Assembly (NCBI GenBank): GCA_964019425.1
Contig: OZ025785.1
Location: forward strand, 1,426,001-1,490,000
Direction: 5' to 3'
Length of the DNA stretch: 64,000 nt
Source of the DNA: Flectonema sp. DT1601
Lineage: Eukaryota
Shown here: positions 34,251 to 45,700 of the stretch, in pieces
Layout of the letters: every line of letters starts with the position of its first letter
Numbering within the stretch: position 1 is the stretch's first letter
Notes under the pieces: model-generated
What the model was told of the DNA's origin: nothing
Database searches by the model: none
What the model saw: the letters and a program-made list of their open reading frames with translations, nothing else
Position numbers and translations under genes: made by a program

Positions 34251-34871
34251 GGGAGGGAGGAAGAAGAAAAAAAAAAGTTTTTCCGTAATAGAAGCTTTTT
34301 ATAATCTGGCAGTTTGCGTACTACCAGAAATGATACAATGCAATTATGAAGTTCTCGGTTGTCGTGTAGAGTGTTTTTCTTTGCGTATTTTTTTTTCCCC
34401 TCTTTTTTTCAAAAAAGAAAAAATTCCTTCCTCTCAGGAAGAATCTCTATTGGTGCGTTTTTCGCCTCCCTTATCTTACGAATAACAAATATTTTGCATA
34501 ATTTAATTTTTTTGCCAACCGATATGCCGAAAAAGAAAAAAAAATACCCTTATTTTCTGTATTTTTTTTCTTAGTGGCCACAAAAAAAAAAAACCTGGAG
34601 TCTGGTGTTGTTTATGTGATTTTGTTCACCAAAAAAAAACCACACTATGGAAATATATAATACTTACTAAAAATACTGCGAGTAGTATTGAGCTTTTTCT
34701 TTTTTGCAACTATTTTGAACCCACTTGATCGTAGTGCACTGCATACACGTATAGAAAAGTACGTTTTTTTAATTTTTACATTTGTTTCTCTGAAGAGCGA
34801 CTTGTTTTTCTGTACACGTGTCCCAATTCACGAATGGTAATTAGGCAAACATGCGATTCAGAGAAAAAATG

Positions 34872-34904
<33 letters not shown>

Positions 34905-35649
34905 TGTGCTCGAAGCGTTCTATTCAAGTTTTGGGTTTGGTCGCTTATTATTCTTCATCGCAGCGATTTTGAGTATATTTTTTTTTTATTTTTTAAAAAA
35001 AATTACTTTTTCATTCATCTTTTTTGGGATAGTCACACATGCAGATTCTGTGTGCTGTTAACTACTCCGTTCCTCAGCCGAATGTTTTCTATTTTTAAGT
35101 ATTCGCTGTGAGTTTTTTTTTCATTTCTTTCCCTCTATAGTTTTTTTCCGCTCTCTTTTTCATTTCTTGTTTAACATCTATGTGACTGTGCGATGGCAAA
35201 GGAAAAAAAAAAAAAATTACACGTTTTTAATACGTGCAGCTGCTTGGTACCTTTACTTGCTCTTCATTATTGTTAGTGCTCCCTAGGAAGGGGCCCCCCG
35301 ATAAATGAGTTTTGCGTTAAAAAAAAAAAAAAAAAAAAAAAAAGAATTTTTTTACAGAGATAAAAGACATGTTGTAAGAGAAGAACAACGTCAAACTGTT
35401 TTAAAAAAAAAGCTCTATTTAAATTTTTCGTAAAACTACAAAAAAAAAAAAAAAAGAAAAAAAAAAATAAAAATTAAAAATTAAAAGGGGGAAACAAAAC
35501 AAAAAAAGGATCTACTTTAAAAAAAAAAAATAAATTTGAAAATATTGCCTTCCAGAAAACAAAAAAGAACAAAAAACCTGAAATTAAAAACAAATTCACT
35601 CTAAAACAACACTATACATTACACTATTCAGATAATACAAATCATTTAT

Positions 35650-36378
35650 ATGAATCAATCTCTTCGACAACAATGTGAGCATCGACTGTCAGAATTAGGA
35701 AGAACTCTAAAACTCGAAGAACGAGTGAAAGAAGAATTACGGAATCTGGAAAGCGTTGAAAAAGCCGGCATGGGAGAAAACGCTGTCGCAGGAGCAGCAG
35801 AACAAATGGAAGACGAAGGCAGAGCATTGATGCAACAAGTAGAACAAGCTGAAGTGGTATTACGATGTATGTTGAACCCATTCCCACTAAATAGCACTTC
35901 GATGGTTGTCGAGCATCGAATGAGATTATTACCGATTCTGAATTCTGATGTGTCGTATTTGGTATCAGCATTCCTACCACCAGAATCTCTTTGGAGAATA
36001 CGACTTGTCTCTAGGAGTTGGTATACAGCTGCTTACTCTCAGGCGTTTAGATTTAGTATCGTAGACTTTAACAGACATATTGATCATAAAGAAGTAGTCA
36101 TCAGTTCGTATGAGACTCGTCTGTCTCGAATCACAACTCAATCTGAAGGTCATGTTCTGGTAGCAGAACTTGGTAGAAGAGTCCATCAAATATGGTCTTA
36201 CTTAGCATTCCTCGTAATCGACCTTCGAAAACGACGGCAATGCGTCCCCAAAAAAGTCCAACGAAATCACACTGACACACTGAATGCACTGCACGCTGCT
36301 ACAAAAGAAATCCGTTGTCGTCTTCACACTAGACAAACTCAGATCGCACTTATAAAACAAGAATTGAGTATTCCGTAA
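35650..36378 (+). CDS. Coiled-coil plus F-box-like protein
   Basis: 'LNSDVSYLVSAFLPPESLWRIRLVSRSWYTAA' fits the F-box consensus; the N-terminus is heptad-rich. Confidence 0.7.
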   Translation: MNQSLRQQCEHRLSELGRTLKLEERVKEELRNLESVEKAGMGENAVAGAAEQMEDEGRALMQQVEQAEVVLRCMLNPFPLNSTSMVVEHRMRLLPILNSDVSYLVSAFLPPESLWRIRLVSRSWYTAAYSQAFRFSIVDFNRHIDHKEVVISSYETRLSRITTQSEGHVLVAELGRRVHQIWSYLAFLVIDLRKRRQCVPKKVQRNHTDTLNALHAATKEIRCRLHTRQTQIALIKQELSIP

Positions 36379-36991
36379 ATCAGCAATATGTTTTTTTTTT
36401 TTTTTTTTCGCTTGCCTTATTTAGTTCATCTCCGCCTTTGTTACTTGTCACTGTGTGCGTGTTCTTCTCACAGTTCTCGGTTTTCGGTTTTTTTTTTTTT
36501 TTGTTAGTTTCTTTTGGTTTGGTTTTTTGTTTTGTGTGAATATTATCAGAATTCGCAAAAAAAATGTATGTTCTTAATTTTTCTAAGTAGCATCAAACTC
36601 TCGAATCCAATTTTTCTTATAAAATTAATTGTTTTCAACCAACTGGTACTGAGAAGAACTCTACTAGTGGTGATTAGTATTTATTAGAATCTAAGTACTA
36701 TGTTAGACAGCCTTATAAAAGGTTTCAACTTTACTTCACTTACCCGACGAAGACATTTTTTTGTGTTTAGTCCCGCAAATTATATTATTGTGTATGGAAG
36801 AATATCTGAGAAAGAAAATATGTAGAAATATTTTTTTTGGAACGGCAAGAATAAAATCTTCTGATTAGTTGGATTTTAGTAAGCAAGTTCTCTGCGCAAC
36901 TAATCTCGGAGTCTCCGCCGGAAGAAGGTATTTCCAAATGAAATTTCAACATAATTTTTTTTTTTTTAAAGGTATTTTCCCTCGATTTACC

Positions 36992-37023
<32 letters not shown>

Positions 37024-37194
37024 TTATAATTTTTAATGTGAAAAAATTGTATTTTAAGAAATATAATAACAATTATCTATTAACAGAGTACACCAATTGA
37101 TCAGCTAATGACCAACGATAGCAGAGCACGTCGACAGTTCATAACAACTATTTGAATTATATTTCTCAATAAAAGGTGAAGGAACACAAATAAA

Positions 37195-38328
37195 ATGGAT
37201 CTTGATTTGGGTCTTGGCGGACCCCTCGCTGCAGCATACTCCGGGTACAGCAATCCCAACCCTCCATCTGGGAATTCTGGTGATACTGTTAAGGTTGGTT
37301 ACTTGACTAGTAGTCAGTATAGGGGAACTGTTCTTCACTTTTTTCAGACAATTGAAGTTGTTGAACAACGAATTGATTTAGTTCACAGGCAGAGAAGAGT
37401 ATTCGCGATCGTAGATGACTTTGATTATGAAAAAGATGTTCATGCTGGAGTGACTCGATGCATTTCCCTGTCGAGAGTTGAAGAATTGAAACTACCACAG
37501 AATGAAATGAAAGCTCTTCTAGGACCATTTACAGAATTTGACGTCTTAATCCAGGGTAGTTGTATTCTCGACTTCATCAGAACAATAGGAGCGCTGTACT
37601 CTCCAAATGTTTCTGGTAATCAAATGCTTCTTCTCGAAATTGACGAAATGACTTCAAAAACAGTAAAATGTCACTTATATACTAGGGATATAGGAAACAA
37701 ACAACACAATCAGCAAGTTAAGATAGCACAACAACAGCTACCAGCATTACAAGATAGGCAATTAGGCTCATCAAGTGGTCTACATGTTGATGAATATGTT
37801 GATGATTTGGTCATGCATCCGTCGATGAAGAGTATTGCGTCTCGTCCTGCATCTCATCTTCCACCACCTCCAGAACCACCTGCATCATTTGTTGGGAGTG
37901 TTGGTAGGAATGAATCGGGTGAGTTGAAGGGTAGAATTAGGGAATTGGAAATGGAATTATCTCAGGCAACTCGTGGACATAAACAGACTGAAGATATGCT
38001 GAAAGGTGAAATAAACAATCTCAGAGTTGAAATTACCAGCGCCATGCGACAGCAGCAACAAGGTCAACCTGTTGCTCAGATGCAACCTGCTCCACCAGCA
38101 GGAGGACCTCCAATGTGGTTACAACCACACCATGATAATATAGACAATCAATCACAATCAGGTGGTAGAATTATGAGCTCAGCTGGTCTATTTAATACAC
38201 CGTCATCATCTGTACCTCCTCCAGCAGGAAATCGTAACATCTCTCCTTTCAAGACTGTACAACCTCCTATTGGTCAAATGTCACCTGCTTTGAACTCCCC
38301 TTCACAAGGTTCTATATGGGGATTTTAA
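37195..38328 (+). CDS. Hypothetical protein: possible PH/myosin-TH1-like N-terminal domain, coiled coil, Pro/Gln-rich tail
   Basis: 377-aa ORF with 'RRVFAIVD...GVTRCISLSRVEEL...EFDVLI' and the coiled coil ELKGRIRELEMELS. Confidence 0.7.
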   Translation: MDLDLGLGGPLAAAYSGYSNPNPPSGNSGDTVKVGYLTSSQYRGTVLHFFQTIEVVEQRIDLVHRQRRVFAIVDDFDYEKDVHAGVTRCISLSRVEELKLPQNEMKALLGPFTEFDVLIQGSCILDFIRTIGALYSPNVSGNQMLLLEIDEMTSKTVKCHLYTRDIGNKQHNQQVKIAQQQLPALQDRQLGSSSGLHVDEYVDDLVMHPSMKSIASRPASHLPPPPEPPASFVGSVGRNESGELKGRIRELEMELSQATRGHKQTEDMLKGEINNLRVEITSAMRQQQQGQPVAQMQPAPPAGGPPMWLQPHHDNIDNQSQSGGRIMSSAGLFNTPSSSVPPPAGNRNISPFKTVQPPIGQMSPALNSPSQGSIWGF

Positions 38329-38927
38329 TAATAAGAAATAAAATTGTAATAGTTTGTTATGATGCCCGTCAGGTAGTTAGAGTTCTTTTTTTTTGTTTTT
38401 GTAGATTGTATTCGTTCGCATTGTACCGCTCCCCCTGATGCGCATTCCCCTGTTGCTTTTTCTTTTAGTTGTGAAGTGACTTACTTTAATAGCCTTACCT
38501 TCGAGTGCAGGACTTTAATAAGATGGACTTGTATTTATAGAGGGCGGAGATGAGTTCCTTAATATAGTTTTATAAAGTTTAATCAATATCGCCCCCCATT
38601 AGCTAAAATACGGCAGCTAGTCCGGCGTGGTGTCCCCCTCTCCCGGTGTGAATTATGAGGAATGTTCTACTCACCCTTTTCTAAATTTGGAGCGGCATGA
38701 CCGAAGACAATCTTTCTTTTTTTATTATTTCCAACGTCGCCTCTGGGGAGTTCAATTGTAGTGACTAGCCATGTAGGGCATTTTGATTTCTGTCAAGTTC
38801 TCGATATTAGTTTTGTTTTTAATACCTACTGTTTTTACTGTTTTTTACATTGTCAAATTACCCCCCCCGTTCAGAGTTCGATTCAAATACAAATAAGGAA
38901 TCAAAATATCCGAAAATAAATTACAAA

Positions 38928-41900
38928 ATGAGAAGTTTTATTCTCTTATGCGCGATGATCGCGTTGCCTCTGTCAGTTTCGGGGAGGAATGATTCTTCGA
39001 TTGTGAATAGATTACTTGATGGTTTTGATATTAAAATTCCGGGACCATTCAAAGCCAAGAGTGCGACGATTAAAAACATAGAACTGAAGAACCTGCAACT
39101 CGGAGACGTTGATTTTGACTTTACTGAAAGTAAAGACAAAATGTCAACTTTGTTGGCATTAAAGCTTAACCAACTTGGTTTGTATACCAGTGCAGAATTT
39201 CACGATGTTATTAGCGGATCAGCAGACCTTACTATTATAACGTCTGGTTTAATCGAAGTGGATTTCAACTTGTCGACGACGGCAAAGTCTGGAATTACAT
39301 CATCGGCACCTGAAAAAGTAGTCATCACAAAACTTGCAATTGACATTGGTGACTACAAGTGTACTGATCATATCGTTTTTAAGGGAAAATGCACCGATTT
39401 GGTTGAAAAGATCATCAAAAGTGTGGAATCAAGTGAACCGATTAAGGAGAGTATCGCTAAGGCATTGCAACCAACTATCACAAAGCTTCACTTGATGTCT
39501 CACTATGTAGAGCCTGAGTCTGCGAGTGTCATCGCTCAGAAATGGGAAGATGATTTCAGCGGGTTACACTCAGCTGATATATTCAATTTTACCAACTCAA
39601 CAGGATTTAATTTAGTATCAACCATCATTAACAAAGTGTATGGTGAAGTAGACGACATGAGTGGAAAGACTGGTCTTACTGTTCTTTTAGATAGATTTCT
39701 CCCTCTTTCTGTAAACGTTTCTCTTCCAATCCTAAACAAGTACAACCAAAAAGTTACCCTTTCAAAGATTGATGTGAAGGCAGCAAACATCTCATCATTG
39801 GTTTTAAAACCAGTTGGAACTTATACCTTTCAATTAACGATGGATATTCCACATGCTGAAGTGTATGTGTTTGCTGATACTGAGATGAATTCTTTTGATA
39901 AAAAATTCCACTACACGGAACAATCTGAGATTTCAGCAACTACATCACTGACGTTGGATATGACTTTTTCAGCTGTTGTTAATAAAACACAATTTGCGAG
40001 TTTACATTTTGGAGATTTACACCTAACCAAACTGGTTGACATTTTATCTGATCTTGAATGTTGGATTGATCATCCAATCATCGCGTGGGATGTCACTTCA
40101 ATGATCGTTAACTTGGATACGTTTGATTTCAAAGCAGAGAAACTACTCTCAAAAGACGTTGAAAGACTTGTATCTGAAACCAACACAATCGTAAACACTC
40201 TTTATTTGAAAACTGTTGAATCACTCATTGCTAATGAAACCAGCATTAAGTTAGTAAATATGATTAATGAAGTTTTACACATTCCAAAGATTAATCAGAC
40301 GACACCAAATCCTTGTATTGGTCACGATCCTAAGATTAAAACAAAGCATTCGGAAACCTGGTTTAACGAAAGCAAACTTGTAAGTATTATGGATTACACT
40401 GTCAATGAGTTCATTGGATGTCAAGACGCCGCAGGTATCAACAGTTATATTAAAGTTTTGGGTGATATGATCCCACCAATTAACGTAACTGGATCGGTTA
40501 CGTCAGACAAATACTTTGGAACAATCGGTTGGCAACTTACAAACCTAAAGCTCAGCGCTGATACAGTTTCAGAGTTGGATGTCATGATTCCAAACGCTAC
40601 ACATGCAACACAAGTTAATCAGCATTTTGCTTTAGATAAATTAAGAGTTTCGATTGATGTGTTTTTCTTTGTTGGTGGTACTCATCAAAAGTACTTTTCA
40701 GACAACATGACTATTTGGGTTGAATTGGACACCTTCGAAGTCCAGTCAACAATTGACGCGTCAATCAACAACACTCGTCTTCTTGAACCAGAGATTGGTT
40801 CATTCAGTACTGATGGTTGTCCTGTCGGAACTATGGATTCTCTACGATTTCCTTGGACAGAAATGTTTTTAAAGACCTTTCGTATGAATATCGAATGCAA
40901 AAAGAACCAATGCATGTCACCATTATTTTATCAAATTCCTGGAATGATGACCAGTCCTAATGGAGTAAGGCAGATGACTGAAGGAGTCGTTTTTATTTTA
41001 GACCAAGTAAATGATATTTTGAACAATGAACTTGTTCAGAATTTCTTAACAGCAAAAACAACTGGTGAACGTGACTTGTGTGACACAGGTGTGAAACCAA
41101 CACCCCCTGGATTCGGTGGTAAGAAGTCAGGTACAATGACTAACTGGAAGGCGTACCTTATTGTTTGGGGGATCTCTGGAGGATATGCCGCCTTCTTAGC
41201 CATCTTCACAATTGTGAAGTTCAACAAATGGAAGAAATTACGTATCGCTGAAGACGGTGAGGACTTCGTTTGGAGATCCAGTGATTATCCATTGATATTA
41301 CATCCTTCAATGAGTATTTATGTTAGAAGTGGTGTATTTATCGGATTGTTGGGAACACTTGCCATGTTCTTCTCATCAAACATCCCTCCTGTCGGTGTTG
41401 GAGCGATTGTCCACGCGGTAGTCAACCTCGGAGGTGACAACATTCAAATTGAGAACGTTTTCGTCTACGCTCTTGCAAACACTATCAGAGACATGTGGAA
41501 TGGTGGAGTATACCCATTGTCTATTCTTGTGTGTGTGTTTTCTGGAATTTGGCCATACAGTAAGATGGCTGGTTTAATTTGGGCGTGGGTAGTTCCTCCA
41601 TGTGTTATCGGACACAGCAGAAGAGAATCTGTTTTAAGAGTTCTCGACTTCTTCGGTAAATGGAGTTTAATTGATTCTCTTATGGTTGTTATGATGATGG
41701 TGGCATTCAGACTTCACATCACTACTCCAGACTACTGGGAGTTCGTACCAAACAACATTTTCGTATTGGATATCGTTGTGACTCCTTTCTGGGGATTATT
41801 TGGTTTCATGACAGCAGCTATTCTCTCTCTTACTATTAATCATTACATGGTCCTACTTCACAGAAACAGTGTTGAATACGACGAGACAGGTGGAGCAAAC

Positions 41901-42743
41901 AACGGATGGTTCGCTGCCGTCGATCCCGAATTCGAAAACGAAAAGGAAATCTTAGCCACTCACTCTGTATACGGAGAAGATAAAAAGAAAACAAGAAGAC
42001 GTGCTATGATTCTTGTTGCTGCTCTGATTTTGTCATTAGTTCTTTTAATCTGGGGAACTGTGGAGGATACATTTAAGTTTCAGTTCGAGGGACTTGCCGC
42101 ATTCGCACTTGATGTCGATAATCCAGACTCACAAACTAACTCATACTCGCTGCTTGCGTTGGCTCACAATGTTCTCAACCAGATTGATATTAACAAGGGA
42201 CAGCCTCCTGCTGAATTCTGGTATCTTGTTATTGGGTTTGTTATCTTTACTTTTGTTATGCCTATTCTTCAGGTTCTTGGTTTGTTGGTGTTGTGGTTCG
42301 TTCCGATGACTTTGACTCAGCAAAAGATTATGTTCTTCGTGAATGAAGTTATCTCTGCTTGGTGTGCTCTTGAAGTGTTTGTCGTCGTGTTGATTGCTGC
42401 ACTTCTCGAAATTTCAAAGTTGGCTCAATTCTTAATCGGAGGTAACTGCGACGCTATCAACTACTACATGAAGACAGCCATTCAGCCACTCGGATTCTTA
42501 ACGCAATACAAGGCAACGTGTTTTGATGTTAAGGCAACACTTTCAAGAGGTTGCTGGCTACTATTCGCCGCATGTCTCGTCAGCAACTTTGTTTACATTA
42601 GAGCGTGGAAGACAGCTGAAGAAGTTATCAAGGCGAGACATCACCATCAAGAGTCCCTGTCACCTCTTAACGTTCAGGGTAAGGGAACCGCATTTAAGTC
42701 TGTTGGAGATGCTATTGAAGAGGAAGAAGAAGAAGAAGAATAG
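38928..42743 (+). CDS. Signal peptide, large beta-rich (BPI/TULIP-like) ectodomain, then a multi-pass membrane region with two PqiA-like repeats
   Basis: Signal MRSFILLCAMIALPLSVSG and many N-x-S/T sites. PqiA-type motifs TIRDMWNGGVYPLSILVCVFSGIWPYSK...GKWSLIDSL and YSLL...FVIFTFVMP...ISAWCALEVF. Confidence 0.8.
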   Translation: MRSFILLCAMIALPLSVSGRNDSSIVNRLLDGFDIKIPGPFKAKSATIKNIELKNLQLGDVDFDFTESKDKMSTLLALKLNQLGLYTSAEFHDVISGSADLTIITSGLIEVDFNLSTTAKSGITSSAPEKVVITKLAIDIGDYKCTDHIVFKGKCTDLVEKIIKSVESSEPIKESIAKALQPTITKLHLMSHYVEPESASVIAQKWEDDFSGLHSADIFNFTNSTGFNLVSTIINKVYGEVDDMSGKTGLTVLLDRFLPLSVNVSLPILNKYNQKVTLSKIDVKAANISSLVLKPVGTYTFQLTMDIPHAEVYVFADTEMNSFDKKFHYTEQSEISATTSLTLDMTFSAVVNKTQFASLHFGDLHLTKLVDILSDLECWIDHPIIAWDVTSMIVNLDTFDFKAEKLLSKDVERLVSETNTIVNTLYLKTVESLIANETSIKLVNMINEVLHIPKINQTTPNPCIGHDPKIKTKHSETWFNESKLVSIMDYTVNEFIGCQDAAGINSYIKVLGDMIPPINVTGSVTSDKYFGTIGWQLTNLKLSADTVSELDVMIPNATHATQVNQHFALDKLRVSIDVFFFVGGTHQKYFSDNMTIWVELDTFEVQSTIDASINNTRLLEPEIGSFSTDGCPVGTMDSLRFPWTEMFLKTFRMNIECKKNQCMSPLFYQIPGMMTSPNGVRQMTEGVVFILDQVNDILNNELVQNFLTAKTTGERDLCDTGVKPTPPGFGGKKSGTMTNWKAYLIVWGISGGYAAFLAIFTIVKFNKWKKLRIAEDGEDFVWRSSDYPLILHPSMSIYVRSGVFIGLLGTLAMFFSSNIPPVGVGAIVHAVVNLGGDNIQIENVFVYALANTIRDMWNGGVYPLSILVCVFSGIWPYSKMAGLIWAWVVPPCVIGHSRRESVLRVLDFFGKWSLIDSLMVVMMMVAFRLHITTPDYWEFVPNNIFVLDIVVTPFWGLFGFMTAAILSLTINHYMVLLHRNSVEYDETGGANNGWFAAVDPEFENEKEILATHSVYGEDKKKTRRRAMILVAALILSLVLLIWGTVEDTFKFQFEGLAAFALDVDNPDSQTNSYSLLALAHNVLNQIDINKGQPPAEFWYLVIGFVIFTFVMPILQVLGLLVLWFVPMTLTQQKIMFFVNEVISAWCALEVFVVVLIAALLEISKLAQFLIGGNCDAINYYMKTAIQPLGFLTQYKATCFDVKATLSRGCWLLFAACLVSNFVYIRAWKTAEEVIKARHHHQESLSPLNVQGKGTAFKSVGDAIEEEEEEEE

Positions 42744-45700
42744 AAGCACTCGGCTCTCTTATATTCGGTTTTTAAAAATTGGCCGTGCGTTCCGAAAATT
42801 TCGGCAGCTGCATTTTAATGTGTCGGCGCAAATGTATTTTCAACAAGAAATGTGTCAGGTGGTAAACTATTACTTCACGCACTAAACAGTTAGCTGCAAA
42901 CGTTTGGTATCACGAAGTTGTAACGCAGCTTGCAACACTAATAATAAATTTTACAAAAAAAAAAAAAAAAAAAAAAAAAAAACAAGCAAAGCATGTTATT
43001 TTGAATTTCATTATTTTTTTATTTCATTTTTTTCTGTTTTTTTCTTAATCGGAGGACTACCTCAAATTACATGAATTCTATTCTTTTTTATTTTTATTTT
43101 TCAAATAATCTCTGAGCTGGCATTGCTTACCTTGCGTAATGTGCGCTCTTCTCCCCGCGGACTCATTCTTTCCTTTTTTCTTTTTTGTTGTCGAAATTGC
43201 GTTTTTCGATTGCGGCAAATCAGATTTTCCCTTTTCACCATCCTTTACTTTGCTTTCTTTTCTTTTTTCCCTTTTTGTGATTCTTCCAGGACTCAACATC
43301 CCCCCGACACCGGCAACATCGCTGAGGGAGACACGGTTTGCTGAGATGCAGGTGAGAATCTGGGATTACCTTTTTATTCTTTTTCTTTGTTGCTTTCCCT
43401 GTCAAGAGGGAAACACAGCAGCATGGTACAGCTGGATAATCGTCCCATTTTTTTTTTTGATAAGTTAAGGAAAGCAAATTTACAAAGAGGAAAAAATAAC
43501 CCACGCCCAATCCTGGTGTTGGGTGTTAGTAAACTATTCTGCAGTTGTTTTTAAGAGTGTCTATCTACGGAAAAATTCAAAAGAAGACCAGTAGATCTAG
43601 CGCACGACAGTTGTTTTATGTTTTGTATCAGTTCGATACGTTGAGGTTTATTTAGGAACAACATATTTTTTCATATGTTGAAATACTGTTTTGAATTCCT
43701 TTACTTATTCGTCAATACAACTTTCAGTTTCGTAGTTGAGTTTCGTTGATGGCTTCAGCCCAATATATATTGTACATAAAAGTGTTACTGGAATCACATG
43801 CTTGTGTTTTCTTTATCAAGTCAAGGTAGCTCTCCCGTTGTGCCTCTATATTCATGTTTCCTTTTCCGGTTTTTTTTTAAAAATTAAGATTGTTACAACA
43901 AAAAAAAGAAAAAAAAATTAAATATAAATACAGATTCCATCGTGAGATCTGATTTTTTTTTTTTTGCTTTTTGTTTTATTCTTTTTTTTTTTTTTTTCGA
44001 TGTTTTCTCTGAATGGAGGCTACTCGAAAGAGGAGGAAAAAAATTTAAAAAAAAAATTCAAAGCCCCTATTTCGGGGGAGGAAAAAATAAAAAGAGGGGT
44101 TCAAGTGAGAATATCATGAAAACAAAAAAAAAAAAAGCAAAAGGAAAACGCTTCTTTTTGTTAATAATTTTTTCTTTTGTTTGTTCTTGTAGAAAAAACA
44201 GAGTCAGTTCCTTTTAGACTGAAGCCTTGAAGAAGTCACTTTAGAGCACCATTGGAAGGTGCGTGACACTCATTCAAAGCTACGAGAGAAGAAAGAATAG
44301 AACAATATTTTAATTACCTGCTTAAATAATAAATAAATGCTTTAACTAACTTACAACTCAAGAAAAGAGTAGCCAGCCAGTTTATGACACCTACTTATTA
44401 TGTGTGGAGTGCACTTCTCGTTTTTTAAGAAGTTTTTTTTTTTTTTTTTTTTTTTTTTTTCAATACAGTACTGTTTTTACTAACTTTTTTTGAAAAGTGA
44501 GAAAATAAATTCGCATCGCGATTTGTTGGAAGTTTTTCGTCGAATACCTTCATATTATTTTGTACTTTCCGTGTTCCATGCGGAGGTCATTCTCTCGTTG
44601 ATTTCTATTGCACATGTTGAGTGACGCTCACTGTCACTTGATTTGTCTATTTGTCACGGGGAGCCGATGGAAAACAAATTCCAGATGCATCGTGTTTTTT
44701 TCCTTTTCAATTTTTTTTTTTCCATTTGGCAAGTGTCTTGTGTTTTTAGGCAATATGAGATGTAGGCAACACCTAAATCCTTTTTTTTTTTTGGGTTTAG
44801 AAGTTTGTATATAAAGAGAGAATGTGATTCCTATGCGTGTCTATTTTGCCGTTTTTTTGTTTTTCCTGTTCATCACTCATGACTGTGTGTGTTTTTTTTT
44901 GTTATCTTGTGTCGATCAAAAAAGAAAAAAAAAGAAAAGAAAAAAATTGAATTCTTCATCAAAGAGCCTCAATAAGTTAAAAAAAAAAAATACAAAACCG
45001 GCCATTTTTTTTATTTTTTACGTCAAGTCTCCAAGTCTCTTTTGCGCGGTTTTATTTTATTTTATTTTATTTTATTTTTTTTTGGATAGACTCTGTCAGT
45101 GTCAGTGCCACTACTGCTAATATTTTTATTTTTCCCTCCCCAACTGTTGGTCTCTTTTCATCGCATACAGATTTGGCCGAACCCTATATTGTTTTAGCCA
45201 GATTCAAGTTGCTTTATATTTAATCATAGTATCGAATTACTCCCCTTTTTATTTGACTCCGTTCCATGCTGTGGAAAAGTATTTGAGCTTCTTTTACAAT
45301 AATAACGAATGAAAGTTTAAGTACTTCCATTTCTATGTTTTGTTTGGGTTGTATCGCTTTTTTGTTGTGGTTTCGTAGTCGTTTTTTTTTCATTCTCAAA
45401 AAAAAAAAAAAAAATTCATTTGGTTGGAGAAAAAGGGGGGAAATCCCTCTTTTTTTTGTTGGGTTCTTCGGTATCTTTCCGCGCAAGAGAAACACTTCAA
45501 TTTAGTATCTTTCAAACTACTGTAGCCCTACCCGAAACTCTCATAAGTGAGAAACTATTGCTCTTGTCTTTTGATGTTGTTGAGAAGAGAAGAAAAGAGA
45601 GCGAAGAATATGGTGCCTGTGTTACTTCGAATGATGAATTACATGGGCAAACTCATTGCTACAATTATTGAATTCCTCAGTTATTTCAGGTTTATCTAAA

